The translations under genes were made by a program, and so were the position numbers. A stretch of DNA of 64,000 nucleotides, from positions 64,604,001 to 64,668,000 of the forward strand of contig OZ024742.1 of the NCBI GenBank assembly GCA_964016885.1, given 5' to 3'. Positions 1 through 11,125 of the stretch are shown here, in pieces (positions within the stretch are counted from its first letter, which is position 1; the number at the start of each line of letters is the position of its first letter). A model generated the notes under the pieces. The model made no database searches. It saw only the letters and a program-made list of their open reading frames with translations, and was not told the DNA's origin. Origin of the DNA: Eledone cirrhosa (Eukaryota).

Positions 1-212
1 ATTATTTACAAGAAACAAAATAAGAATAAAATTTAATAATGTAATTTTGATTTGATATATTACAAAAAATAATGTTTTCCAATTTTTCATGCATTACATT
101 TTACATTGAGTAATATTGAAATACAGAATTTTTCTCCATAAATTATATCACTTATTTAAAATAAATCATCATTTTCTTACAAAGAAAAAAAAAATGTGTG
201 TAACGCAGCAAA

Positions 213-421
<209 letters not shown>

Positions 422-1702
422 GAGGGGAGAGAGGGGGGAGGGGAGAGAGGGGTATTTAAACAAGTTAAATATTTATATAACTTTTTCTTTTCCTGAAGTG
501 TGTATATATATTTTTTTGTCGAACTCTGAATATATACACATTGCAATATTGAACTTACCACATCCATTAATATATCTCCTTGAGTTAGAAAGGTATTATC
601 CACAGCTGAAAATAAAATATTTTAGATTAGAACATTCTAATTTATTTTGTAACATTGAGTTATATGAATTTGTAACATTTATGTTTCTTTAAAGAATACA
701 TTTAGATTTCGGCAATCCCGGGGCACTTCAGGTTTCCTCCACCCACCTAATCTCATACACCCAAAAATTAGTATATACAGCAAACGCCAAATTTTACATA
801 TCTAAGTCGGTTTGGCGCAAGTAATTGGAATTGAAAAGTTATACATACAGATATTAAATTCAAAATATCTAACCATCCTCATTTTACGTCCACTTTCCAC
901 ACTAGTATGTGTTGGATGGGTTGTCACAGTCCAAGACCCAAACATATCAGAGCTACCTTATCTTGCTCATACATTAAATATTATGCATGGTTTCTATGGC
1001 TGGATGCCCTTCCTAATAAACACTTTAGAGTGTTTACTGAGTGCATTGTTTTTGCGATATCAGCAAATACTTTTTATTAGATAACACTGATGTTTCTACA
1101 GTTGAAAAAATTTGACAAAATTTTGCCTCAGTAATGACATTAAATACTTTTTACTAAAAATATAGTTCTCGCTGTCAAATGGATAAAACTAAAAAGGCCA
1201 GCAGAAGGCAAACTATATTGCTACGGACGTCGCTTTCATAATTTTGAGGTCGATAAATAAAAACTAATCCAGTAGTAGACAAGAGTCTCTTTTTCTTTCA
1301 TTCTCTCCCTTCTTTCTATTTAAACGGGGAGAGGGATGGGCTCCGCTAGGATTAAATGCTCAAAAAATGCTGTGGGTCATGATAGTACCCTTACGACTCC
1401 ATCATATGTTAAGTAACAATGAAATGGTCATCCGTCGCTTCTGACAATGAGTGTTACAGTTACCCAATGAATGGGAGAGCTTACTTGTGAAATGTGCTAG
1501 TGGATGAGCATTCCTCACACAATATATGTAGTGTATATACAATTATGTACAGTTAATTATGTACATGTAATCTTGCCTCATTCTGGAGCGCAAATTTTCC
1601 GTATGTTATATTGCCTTCATATGAGCAGTAATTACAAATCTCTCTCTCTCTCTCTCAAAAGTTATTTGTACTGCCTCTCTGTTTTTGTTCCTGTCTAAGT
1701 TT

Positions 1703-1857
<155 letters not shown>

Positions 1858-1891
1858 CGAATCATTGTAAGTTTGACACCGACACTGCAAA

Positions 1892-1937
<46 letters not shown>

Positions 1938-2064
1938 TGTAGGAAGTGAGTTTTATTGTAGTACAATAAAGCAATGCAAATATCGGATAAGAAGCACTCT
2001 ACAGTTTGTAGGACTGGAGTATAAATAATATAAGATCAAAAGATGGTTAAAAGAGTTCCAAGTA

Positions 2065-2131
2065 TTTTATTATGCGCATTTCAAAAACAAATATCATCAT
2101 GAGATGATATCTGCGTTTTCATCAGATAAAA
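2065..2131 (-). ncRNA. Type I hammerhead ribozyme (PLE pLTR)
   Basis: Minus strand reads TTTTAT-CTGATGA-[long stem II]-GAAA-TGCGCA-TA-ATAAAA. Confidence 0.85.
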
Positions 2132-2810
2132 TAAGGATACATGATATGAAGGTTAAAAAACACTTGTGAATAGTGAAGTTTTAAATCAACATATGAAAAA
2201 TAATTTAAGATTGATGTATGATATTGGGAAAAAGTGAGGGGGGGGGGGTTAGAAAGGGTGAGAAAGAGGAGAAGATGAGAGTAGAGAATGGTGGGGGAGG
2301 AGTATAAGAAGGAAGGATGAGAGAGGAGGAGAGATGGGTGATAGAGAGAGAGAGAGATAGCCTTTACAACTGAGAAAAATATATATTGTCTCACAGAGAG
2401 AAGTTAAAAAGCCGTTGGAAGATAATAGATAATTTAAAAGAATTTGAAATTAAAAGTTGATGAAGAGAAAAAGGGGGTTAAGAATAATATTAAATTAAGG
2501 TTTGTATATTGAAGGGTTTAATAATATGTGCGAGGAAAAGAAATTGTTAATATGTATTATTAAAATAAAAATATTAATGTTATTAAGGATATACTGTGAA
2601 AAGAAGTAGAAGAGTGGATGAGTTATGAATTTAGAGGAATTATTTAGTGTTTAAGTTTGTTTTTATGTAATGTAATCCGATATTTGCATTGCTTTATTGT
2701 ACTACAATAAAACTCACCTCCTACATTAACCTGCTCCTTAACGGTTGAGCGCTATCCCTCATATCGGATACCTTTTGATGGTCTTTCATTTTTCATTTTT
2801 CTTCTACAAC

Positions 2811-5217
2811 ATGGATTATTATAACATAACCACTTCAACTAAAGACATTCCTATACCTGGTAAATCTGAATTCACCAAACTTCTGATTGAAAAAACTGAC
2901 TCCTTTATGAGAAGGCTTAGATGGATAGCTTTTTTCTATGACCAGCGCATAAAAGGAAATTTCTATACTAAGGAACGTAACTTTCTTGATTATTTATTTA
3001 ACTCTAGAAGAAATCCTCCTTCCAAAAATCTAGTGCAATTCGAGGAAGAGTTAACTAATATTATAAAAAATCTTAAATTCAAGAGAAACCCTTACAGAGG
3101 ACAAGAGCACTTTGTAAATCTCAGGAATACAATTTTAAACCTTAATTCCTCTAAAAATGTTTTAGTCCACTCCGACAAAACAAATAATTTATATGGTATA
3201 TCTAGGGATAACTATAATAACCTTATCCTTAAAGAACTAAGGAAGAAATATCGTAAAACTAACCATGAAAATTTGGAATCCATAAACTTTGAAGCTTCTA
3301 AGATTATGTCAAAACTTGGCATTGAAAAAAAGACCGAACCATTCCTCCCAAGAACTCCGAGGATAAATCTCAAGGATCATAAAAACAATTTTCGAACGGA
3401 ACTACCTGTTAGACTAATCGCGCCCTCTAAATCAGATCTGGGGTTGTTAGTAAAGCCATCGTGGATGAACTATCCCACAGGTTCGTTCTAATTGCTCTAT
3501 TTCTAACTTAAATTTATGGTTTGGTACATCTGAAGTAATTGGCTGGTTCAACAACCTGAATAAGAAAAACAAACAAAAATTTATTCAATTTGATATTGCC
3601 AGCTACTATTCTTCTATTTCACCTTCCCTTCTCAACAATGCTCTATCTTTCGCTTTTAAATATTCTGACATCACCACAGATGAACTTCACATCATTCTCA
3701 CCGCAAGAAAAACCATCTTAGAATTCAACAATGAATACTGGACTAGAGCTGATACCTCCAACAACTTTGATATCACAATGGGTGCATCCGATTCATCGCA
3801 ATTGACTGATTTGATTAGTATCTTTATTCTGAATTCTTTAAATCGGAAAATTTCTCAACTTCGCGGTGGAATTTATCGTGACGATGGACTTTTTACTATC
3901 TTAAATTGCAATTTAGTTAACCTTAATATTATTAAGAACAATATACGTGATCTCTTTAACCAACATAACCTAAAAATTGAATTTGATAACAACGTCAAAC
4001 TAGCTAACTTCTTGGATATATCCCTTAATCTTGACACTGGCCTATATTACCCTTACCATAAAAACAATGAGAATCTAAATTATGTTAATTTTAAATCTAA
4101 CCACCCCACTAACATTAAAAATGCTATAGTTAGTAATATTGGAAAAAGGATATCAAACCTATCATCTAATAAAAATATATTTGATGCTAACGCCAATTAC
4201 TATAATAATGCGCTTTCTAAAGCCGGTTATCCTGATAAAATTAAATACAGTAAAGAAACCAACCCTAGAAGATCTTACAGTAAAATAATTAATTATGATC
4301 ATTCCAATAACTTAAATAAAAGACCTAGATACAAAAATATAATCTGGTATAATGCTCCTTTCTCTATTTCTATTAATAATAATATTCCTAAATTATTCTT
4401 TAGGGCCTTAGATAAATGCCCCCCCCCCCCCTCACATATCTATAGAAAAATATTTAACAAACATACAATAAAATTTTCTTATTCCACCTCCTCCAACATC
4501 TCCAACATTATCTCTAAACACAACAATAGAATATTAAATACTAAATCACATCCTTCCAACACTGAATGTCATAATAATAGTAGTAGTACTCCCGACGTCA
4601 TTGTTAACTCTAGGCTAGATTCTGCAAACTCAAATACGACGTCAAACGTAACTTCGTCGATTGTTCATAATACCAATCTAAATCAGGAAACTATTATTCC
4701 TATCGTAAATAACTTCTCCAATCCAATTCCTCCTATAAATAACACTAGGTCACTTGTTAATAACTCTGTTAATCTCTCTAATCGCAAGTGTAATTGCCCT
4801 GTTAAAACTAAATGTCCTCTCAATAAACATTGTCTTGAAAAAAAATTAGTCTATGAATGTAAAGTTATAACTGATACCAATTCCTTTACCTATTTCGGTT
4901 CCACTTTCACCTCCTTCAAAGTGAGATTTTATAATCACAATTCTTCTTTTAAATACCAACTTAAAAGAACTAACACGGCACTCTCAGAACTCATATAGTC
5001 CTTGAAAGACAAAAATATTAACTATAACATCTCTTGGAGGAAGGTTTGTTCTGCCTCTCCCTACTTGAATGCCTCCCTATCTAGAACGTGTAATCTTTGT
5101 TTATCTTAGAAATTTACCATTATAGCTAATTTAGATTCTATAATAAATAGACGCACTGATTTATTTTCTCTCTGCTTGCATAAATTCCACAGAACATTCC
5201 ATAAAGTATACAGCTAA
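2811..5217 (+). pseudogene. Disrupted PLE RT / GIY-YIG endonuclease ORF
   Basis: N-terminal STKDIPIP...RRLRW, HSDKTNN, FIQFDIASYYSSI, FDITMGASDS, GIYRDDGL, NFLDISLNL, IIWYNAPFS, CNCPVKTKCPLNKHC, LVYECKV...YFGST...FKVRFYNH, CNLC. Two frameshifts near 3440-3500 and TAG stops at ~4996 and ~5107; frame ends at TAA 5217. Confidence 0.92.
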
Positions 5218-6370
5218 TATCTAATACTTTACTAGTTTAAAATCCTTTTTCTCAAAGACTTATATATATATATTTCTTTAAAAATATACCCATCTTTCTA
5301 CCTTATTTCAATATTATTTATTATACATTATATAATACTAGTTACTCATTCTATATCATTCCCCTTTATCACTTTCCTTTCTTCCTCTTTTCTTTCTTCT
5401 TTTTTCCTTTTAATTTCTAACCTCTAATCTGTACTTTTTCTTCCTAACTACTTCTCAATTCTTATTATTACTCACCACAACATATCCGCTCTTCCATCTT
5501 TCTTCATATCATTGGCCATAAAAATTATTATTACCTTTTAAATACATTATAGTATTACCTTTAATAATCCTTCGTAAACATAACATTTTTTTGACGTTAG
5601 ATTTTTCCTCCTTAGTTCCTTATATATTTTTCCTCCTTTCATGCTTGTCTGACTTTTACATATTACATATTACAATACATAAAAACAAACCCTAACTAAT
5701 CTCCTTTATTATATTATATTATTACCATTAGAAAATATTTCGTAAACATATATATTTTGATGTTAGATTTTTTCCTTCTTAAACATTAGTGTCTTCTTTG
5801 TTTTCTGCGCTCATTTGTAAACAAACTATTTACATATATTACGCAAACATATTACATTACATAAAAACAAACTTAAACACTAAATAATTCCACTCTTCTA
5901 CTTCTTTTCACAGTATATTCTTAATAACATTAATATTTTTATTTTAATAATACATATTAACAATTTCTTTTCCTCGCACATATTATTAAACCCTTCAATA
6001 TACAAACCTTAATTTAATATTATTCTTAACCCCCTTTTTCTCTTCATCAACTTTTAATTTCAAATTCTTTTAAATTATCTATTATCTTCCAACGGCTTTT
6101 TAACTTCTCTCTGTGAGACAATATATATTTTTCTCAGTTGTAAAAGCTATCTCTCTCTCTCTCACCCATCTCTCCTCCTCTCTCATCCTTCCTTCTTATA
6201 CTCCTCCCCCACCATTCTCTACTCTCATCTCCTCCTCTTTCTCACCATTTCCACACACACCCCTTCACTTTTTCCCAATATCACACATCAATCTTAAATT
6301 ATTTTTCATATGTTGATTTAAAACTTCACTATTCACAAGTGTTTTTTAACCTTCATATCATGTATCCCTA

Positions 6371-6437
6371 TTTTATCTGATGAACACGCAGATATCATCT
6401 CATGATGATATTTGTTTTTGAAATGCGCATAATAAAA
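6371..6437 (+). ncRNA. Type I hammerhead ribozyme (PLE pLTR)
   Basis: TTTTAT CTGATGA acacGCAGATATCATC tcat GATGATATTTGTtttt GAAA TGCGCA TA ATAAAA: stem I TTTTAT/ATAAAA, palindromic stem III. Confidence 0.87.
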
Positions 6438-6469
6438 TACTTGGAACTCTTTTAATCATCTTTTGATCT

Positions 6470-6520
<51 letters not shown>

Positions 6521-6531
6521 TGAGAGAGAGA

Positions 6532-7135
6532 GTAAGCGCAAATCATAGTAGATTCAAATATCGCAGAGAGAAAGTGAGAGTGGGAGGAGGGGAGTAATGA
6601 GGTGCAACAGAAATGAAACATGGATTACAGGTTAAAATAGAATCTAGATAAATGAGAAACAAAACGAGGATGTAGTTTATGGAACACCCAAATGATTTAG
6701 AAGTCGACCTTAAGTAGGAGCAATAACATTAAGAAAGAGATCATTTTGTATTGAAAATGTTGAAAGTAGGTTTATAAGTATGAATTTTCTACAGATTACC
6801 GTAGCTGTCTCAGTGGACTAGCGGTAGGTACTAGAGGTGGTGGAGATCCTGGTCTTGGGTTCAATCCTAGTCGGGAGGTGCCTGTAATTTTTTTCAGTTT
6901 TTATTTTACATCCCATAGAAAAAAATGGAAAAGGTTTTCCGGGAACCCTAGCCCCAACCAGGATCGAACTTCAGACCAGTATCAACACCGTCTATCATTC
7001 CTCCAACTAAGCCGCCGATACAGCTACAAACGCCTAATGAAAATTAATAATTATAAACCTACTTTCCAAATCAAAGCTAAAAAGATGTGGCTTTCCTAGA
7101 GCTATTAGTCATATTTAGGGTCGACTTGTCAATCT
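6532..7135. mobile_element. Repeat with two convergent tRNA-like (Pol III box A/B) heads in diverged inverted arms
   Basis: Plus head ~6803-6880 (GTGGACTAGCGG...GGGTTCAATCC) and minus head ~6945-7025 (GGCTTAGTTGG...GTTCGATCC). Homologous copies at 7568-7985 and 39962-40675. Confidence 0.65.
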
Positions 7136-7213
7136 TCTGGCTCTTTGGTAACAACCTATGCGTATTTAACAGTTGAATTAATTTAATTTGATTATATTAA
7201 TTAACAAATAATT

Positions 7214-7336
<123 letters not shown>

Positions 7337-7567
7337 TAATATGATTTAATATAATAAAGAGAGATAAACACAGATATATATATATATGTGTTCAAATCAC
7401 AAAGGACCAAATTCGGCAGGGTGAATAGGATACTAACTATGAACAATACGGTTTGCCAGACTCAATTAAAAGAATAAAATTAAGAAAAAGTACAAACTGA
7501 ATTGTGATATCTATTATGCAAGGGACTATTCTGAGTTTCTAACTCAATTTATACTTTTATATATATA

Positions 7568-7985
7568 ATGCCAATCATTGTAAGTTTGATTTGAATCTGA
7601 CATGCAAAAACATATATATATGAATAAAGTAAGCCCAAATCATGGTAGATTCAAATATCACAGAGAGAAAGAGAGAGAGGAGGGGCGAAATGAGGTCCAA
7701 CAGAAATGAAACATGAATTACAGGTTAAAATATAGTCAAGATAGATGAGAAACAAAACGAGGATGAAGTTTATGGAACACCCAAATGATTTAGAAGTCGA
7801 CCTTAAGTAGGAGTAATAACATTAAGAAAGACATGAGCGACACCACATCATTTTGTATTGAACATTTTGAAAGTAGGTTTATAAATATAAATTTTTGTAA
7901 GATTTTCGTAGTTGTAGTGGACTAGCCGTAGGCACTAGAGATGGTGGAGGTCCTACCCTTGGGTTCAATTCTGGTCAAGAGGTAC
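7568..7985. mobile_element. Truncated copy of the convergent-tRNA-head repeat
   Basis: Colinear with 1860-1895 plus 6532-6880 and with 39962-40415. Confidence 0.7.
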
Positions 7986-7993
7986 ACACACAA

Positions 7994-8060
<67 letters not shown>

Positions 8061-8309
8061 TAAGTATACACGGGTTTGTATGATTGTGTATAGAAGATTA
8101 TATTAATAAAAGGAATTCCAACTTTGTCTGATTTACTCGTTTTATTTACAATCCTTTAAAATTTATAATGGTATTAGAATGAAATAGTATGGTAGAATAT
8201 TAAATGTTAAGTGTTAATTGAATAAGTACTTTCATGCTTTCGCAATCACAGGTTCATATTCTGTGGTGACAGTCAAGTTTGCAATTTTCAACTATATATA
8301 TGTGTGTGA

Positions 8310-8590
8310 AGGCGCATGGCTTAGTGATTAGAGCAGTAGGCTTGTAATCGAAAGGATGCGAGTTCAATTCTCGGACCGGGTGATGTGTTGTTTCCTTGAG
8401 CAAGACACTTTATTTCACGTTGCTCCAGTTTACTCAGTTGAAAATGAGTACCAGCAATAGCTGGAGGTTTAACCCTGCGATGGACTGGCGTCCTGTCCAG
8501 GGGAGATCTTGTACTCTCAGTCGCTTCACGCCATGAAACCGGGATAAGCACCGGCCAAATGAGCCTTCTGGCTTAAGACGGACTTACGAC
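8310..8590 (+). mobile_element. tRNA-derived SINE
   Basis: Box A TGGCTTAGTGATT, box B GAGTTCAATTC, central CCTTGAGCAAGACACTT, LINE-like tail CTGCGATGGACTGGCGTCCTGTCCAGGGG. Confidence 0.8.
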
Positions 8591-8681
8591 CTGCCCAGCC
8601 AGTGGGATGGCGTCATCGTATGGCTAAAACAGCATGTGCTGTGAACAGACTGGTCGGTCAAAGTGATATATATATATATAT

Positions 8682-8773
8682 AAGTATGTATACATACATG
8701 CATATATGTATACAGACGTACAGTAGTATGTATATTCATACATACGAGCATTATAATAAATGTTCGGTAAACC

Positions 8774-8809
<36 letters not shown>

Positions 8810-8935
8810 CATGTATGTATGTATATACATACTACTGTACGTCTGTATACATATATGTATGTACGTATACATACTTATATTTAAGTATCAGCCGTACTAA
8901 GAGTGAGAAATGAAATTTCATTTTTTTTCCATTTA
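8682..8935. mobile_element. Partial (inverted plus direct) copy of hammerhead repeat family A, ribozyme part absent
   Basis: 8745-8935 matches 9828-10019; 8682-8744 is an inverted piece of the same unit. Confidence 0.75.
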
Positions 8936-8941
8936 TATATG

Positions 8942-9320
8942 TATAGAAATTTCGTATTTCGAAAGAAATACGATTTTAGGAAGGCGTAGCTATGCGAACA
9001 CGGCGGGGGAGGGGGGGCTAACGCCCTCTGGTGTTGTCCAGCAGATGCAAGGGGGACAACTGTCTATGCTTTTCGGGCTTGATTGGCCATCGTCAGGACG
9101 ATCCCTCCCACTGCTCTGCGATTGCTGGACTTGAAAACAGCCGAGAATATATAGTTTTCTCGTCTGTGTAAATGAGGTGATTAATCTCATTTGCATATGA
9201 AGCTGCATAAGTTGTCCCGCTTGCTTCTGCTGAACAACACCAGAGGGCGTTAGACCCCCAGTGTTCGCGTAGCTACGGCTTCCTAAAATCGTATTTCTTT
9301 CGAAATACGAAATTTCTATA
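8942..9320. mobile_element. Fold-back element (~100 bp inverted arms) with internal hammerhead, family B
   Basis: TATAGAAATTTCGTATTTCGAAAGAAATACG... at 8942 is mirrored at 9320; (TA)-rich flanks. Confidence 0.8.
9058..9103 (-). ncRNA. Minimal type I hammerhead ribozyme (family B)
   Basis: Minus strand: GATCGTC CTGACGA tGGC caatcaa GCCc GAAA AGCA TA GACAGTT. Stem III is one change away from a palindrome. Confidence 0.65.
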
Positions 9321-9358
9321 CATATTTTATAAAGCTATGCTTGAAGCGAAATCCTATT

Positions 9359-9394
<36 letters not shown>

Positions 9395-9614
9395 AACAGA
9401 GCATTATAATAAATGTTCAGTAAACCGATACGTGCATGTATATATGTGTGCATGTATGTGTATATATATACATTGTATACATATATGTATGTACGTATAC
9501 ATACATACATACTTACATTTAAGTAACTGCCGTACTAAGAGTGAGAAATTAAATTTCGTTCATTCTATTCCATTTATCGTTTTCGGTGCGCCTGGCCGAC
9601 TAAACTCACTCGAT

Positions 9615-9662
9615 ATGCAAATTAGGCTGCTCAGCCGTTAATATGCATAAGGAAAGTATATA
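9615..9662 (+). promoter_or_regulatory. Putative internal promoter: octamer ATGCAAAT + TATATA
   Basis: ATGCAAAT 9615-9622 and TATATA 9657-9662. The octamer is conserved in the copies at 23489-23496 and 34234-34241. Confidence 0.45.
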
Positions 9663-9696
9663 CTTTCAGACGTTTAACCATCTGGCAGGAAGGTAT

Positions 9697-9739
9697 ACGA
9701 TGCTGACGATAGCTAATAAGCTTGAAACTAGTACATCGT
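9697..9739 (+). ncRNA. Minimal type I hammerhead ribozyme (family A)
   Basis: ACGATG CTGACGA tAGCT aata AGCTt GAAA CTAG TA CATCGT: perfect 6-bp stem I, palindromic stem III ACTAGT. Confidence 0.9.
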
Positions 9740-10013
9740 TCCTGTGTCAGTGTTGAACAAAAAGGTGACGTGGTTGCCTAAACACTGTACGGCGTAATTC
9801 GGGCTGTTTGTTTGTTTACAAACAAACCGAGCATTATATTAAATGTTCGGTAAACCGATACTTGCATGTATATATGTGTGCATGTATGTATATATATATA
9901 TACTACTGTACGTCTGTATAAATATATGTATGTACGTATACATACATACATACTTACATTTAAGTAACTGCCGTACTAACAGTGAGAAATGAAATTTCGT
10001 TTCATTCTATTCC

Positions 10014-10054
<41 letters not shown>

Positions 10055-10055
<1 letters not shown>

Positions 10056-10226
10056 TGATGAGTCGGACGCCAGGCTTTGCAGCACAGAATTACGGCCCTT
10101 TACGGTCTGAGTTCAAATATGGACGAAGTTAACTTTGCCTTTCATCCTTACGGGGTCGATAAAGTAAAGCACCAGTAATGCACTGGGATAATTGCTAGCC
10201 TTGTCCCAAAAGTAGAAACAATTATT
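10055..10226 (+). mobile_element. Short tRNA-derived SINE (abundant family)
   Basis: CTGAGTTCAAAT...TTTGCCTTTCATCCTTACGGGGTCGATAAA...GTAGAAACAATTAT; about 10 copies in this window. Confidence 0.8.
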
Positions 10227-10249
10227 GAAAGTCTCTTGATTTCGCAAAA

Positions 10250-10549
10250 TCTATATGTATAAAACTGAGGATGTCTGTCTGTGCGCGTGAGTTTGAATCC
10301 CTAATACTCGAGAACCACCCAATCAACTGTTTTCAAACTTTACACATGTAATACTTATGTTTCAGGGAGTGATCTGAGCAAAACAAAATTCTAATTTTCA
10401 ATGCCCTAGGGACCGCATTAGGCAATTTAGCGATTTCTCTCTATAATTCTTAGTCTTTCATTATTAGATAGATACATACATATAACGTCGCGCCCTTATA
10501 ATATCTGTCTGTATGTCTGACTGTCTGTATTACGTCACGTCCCTGAGGA

Positions 10550-10619
<70 letters not shown>

Positions 10620-11125
10620 TGTGAGTTTGAATTCCTAAAACTCGAGAAGTACCCAACCGTCTTTTTTCAAACTTTACATGTGTATTATTTATGTTTCAGG
10701 GAGTGTTATGCGCATACAAAAATTCAACTTTTTCATCCCCTAGGGCCCGCATTAGGTGAAAAACTGCGTTTTTTAAGCTTTTTAGGGTTTTTTGAAGCGT
10801 TACGTCAGACTGATTTCCTTGAAATTGTAACTATGTATTAGTCAGTCTCTTCTTCATACCGTGAGCAAATAAAATCCAACTTTTTTATGGCCTAGGTGAA
10901 AAACTTCATTTTTTCAGCTTTTTAGGGCTTTTTCCCGAAATTTCAAGGCATATTATGGACATAAAAAAAATCATTTTCTTGATTCCATAGGATCGCATAA
11001 GGTGAAAACCTGCATTTTTCCTGCTTCATCGAGGAAAATCTTAAAGATTATCCAGCCATCAGAGTATTCGGCTTATTTTCTTTACATATTGTCCAGGCAT
11101 GCAGTTTTTCCACGATTAGGTCTGT
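10250..11125 (+). mobile_element. Non-autonomous Helitron, 3' end lost at the RTE junction
   Basis: Starts A|TCTATATGTATAAAACTGAGG; reverse-complement match to the complete copy at 25009-26031. Confidence 0.8.

Larger units (their letters stand above)
1938..6478 (+). mobile_element. Penelope-like retroelement (Naiad-type), near full length, with an inverted copy of its 3' region/pLTR at the 5' side
   Basis: ~2025-2673 is the reverse complement of ~5855-6478, and 1938-1988 is the reverse complement of 2674-2725. RT + GIY-YIG ORF inside, a hammerhead in each arm, flanked by (TA)n on both sides. Confidence 0.92.
9390..10019 (+). mobile_element. Hammerhead repeat family A: ~1.4 head-to-tail units of a ~440 bp non-coding element (retrozyme-like)
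   Basis: 9390-9577 is repeated at ~9819-10019, with the hammerhead between; (TA)n on both sides. Confidence 0.85.

Noticed and set aside
4780-5217. Selenocysteine-encoding Naiad (known for some Naiads)
   Set aside because: The in-frame stops are TAG at expected Trp/Glu positions, the Cys motifs use TGT/TGC, and I could not identify a SECIS.
6803-6880. Functional tRNA genes (also 8310, 40340, 47220, 60370)
   Set aside because: Only box A/B similarity; no convincing cloverleaf or acceptor stem, and all are embedded in repeats.
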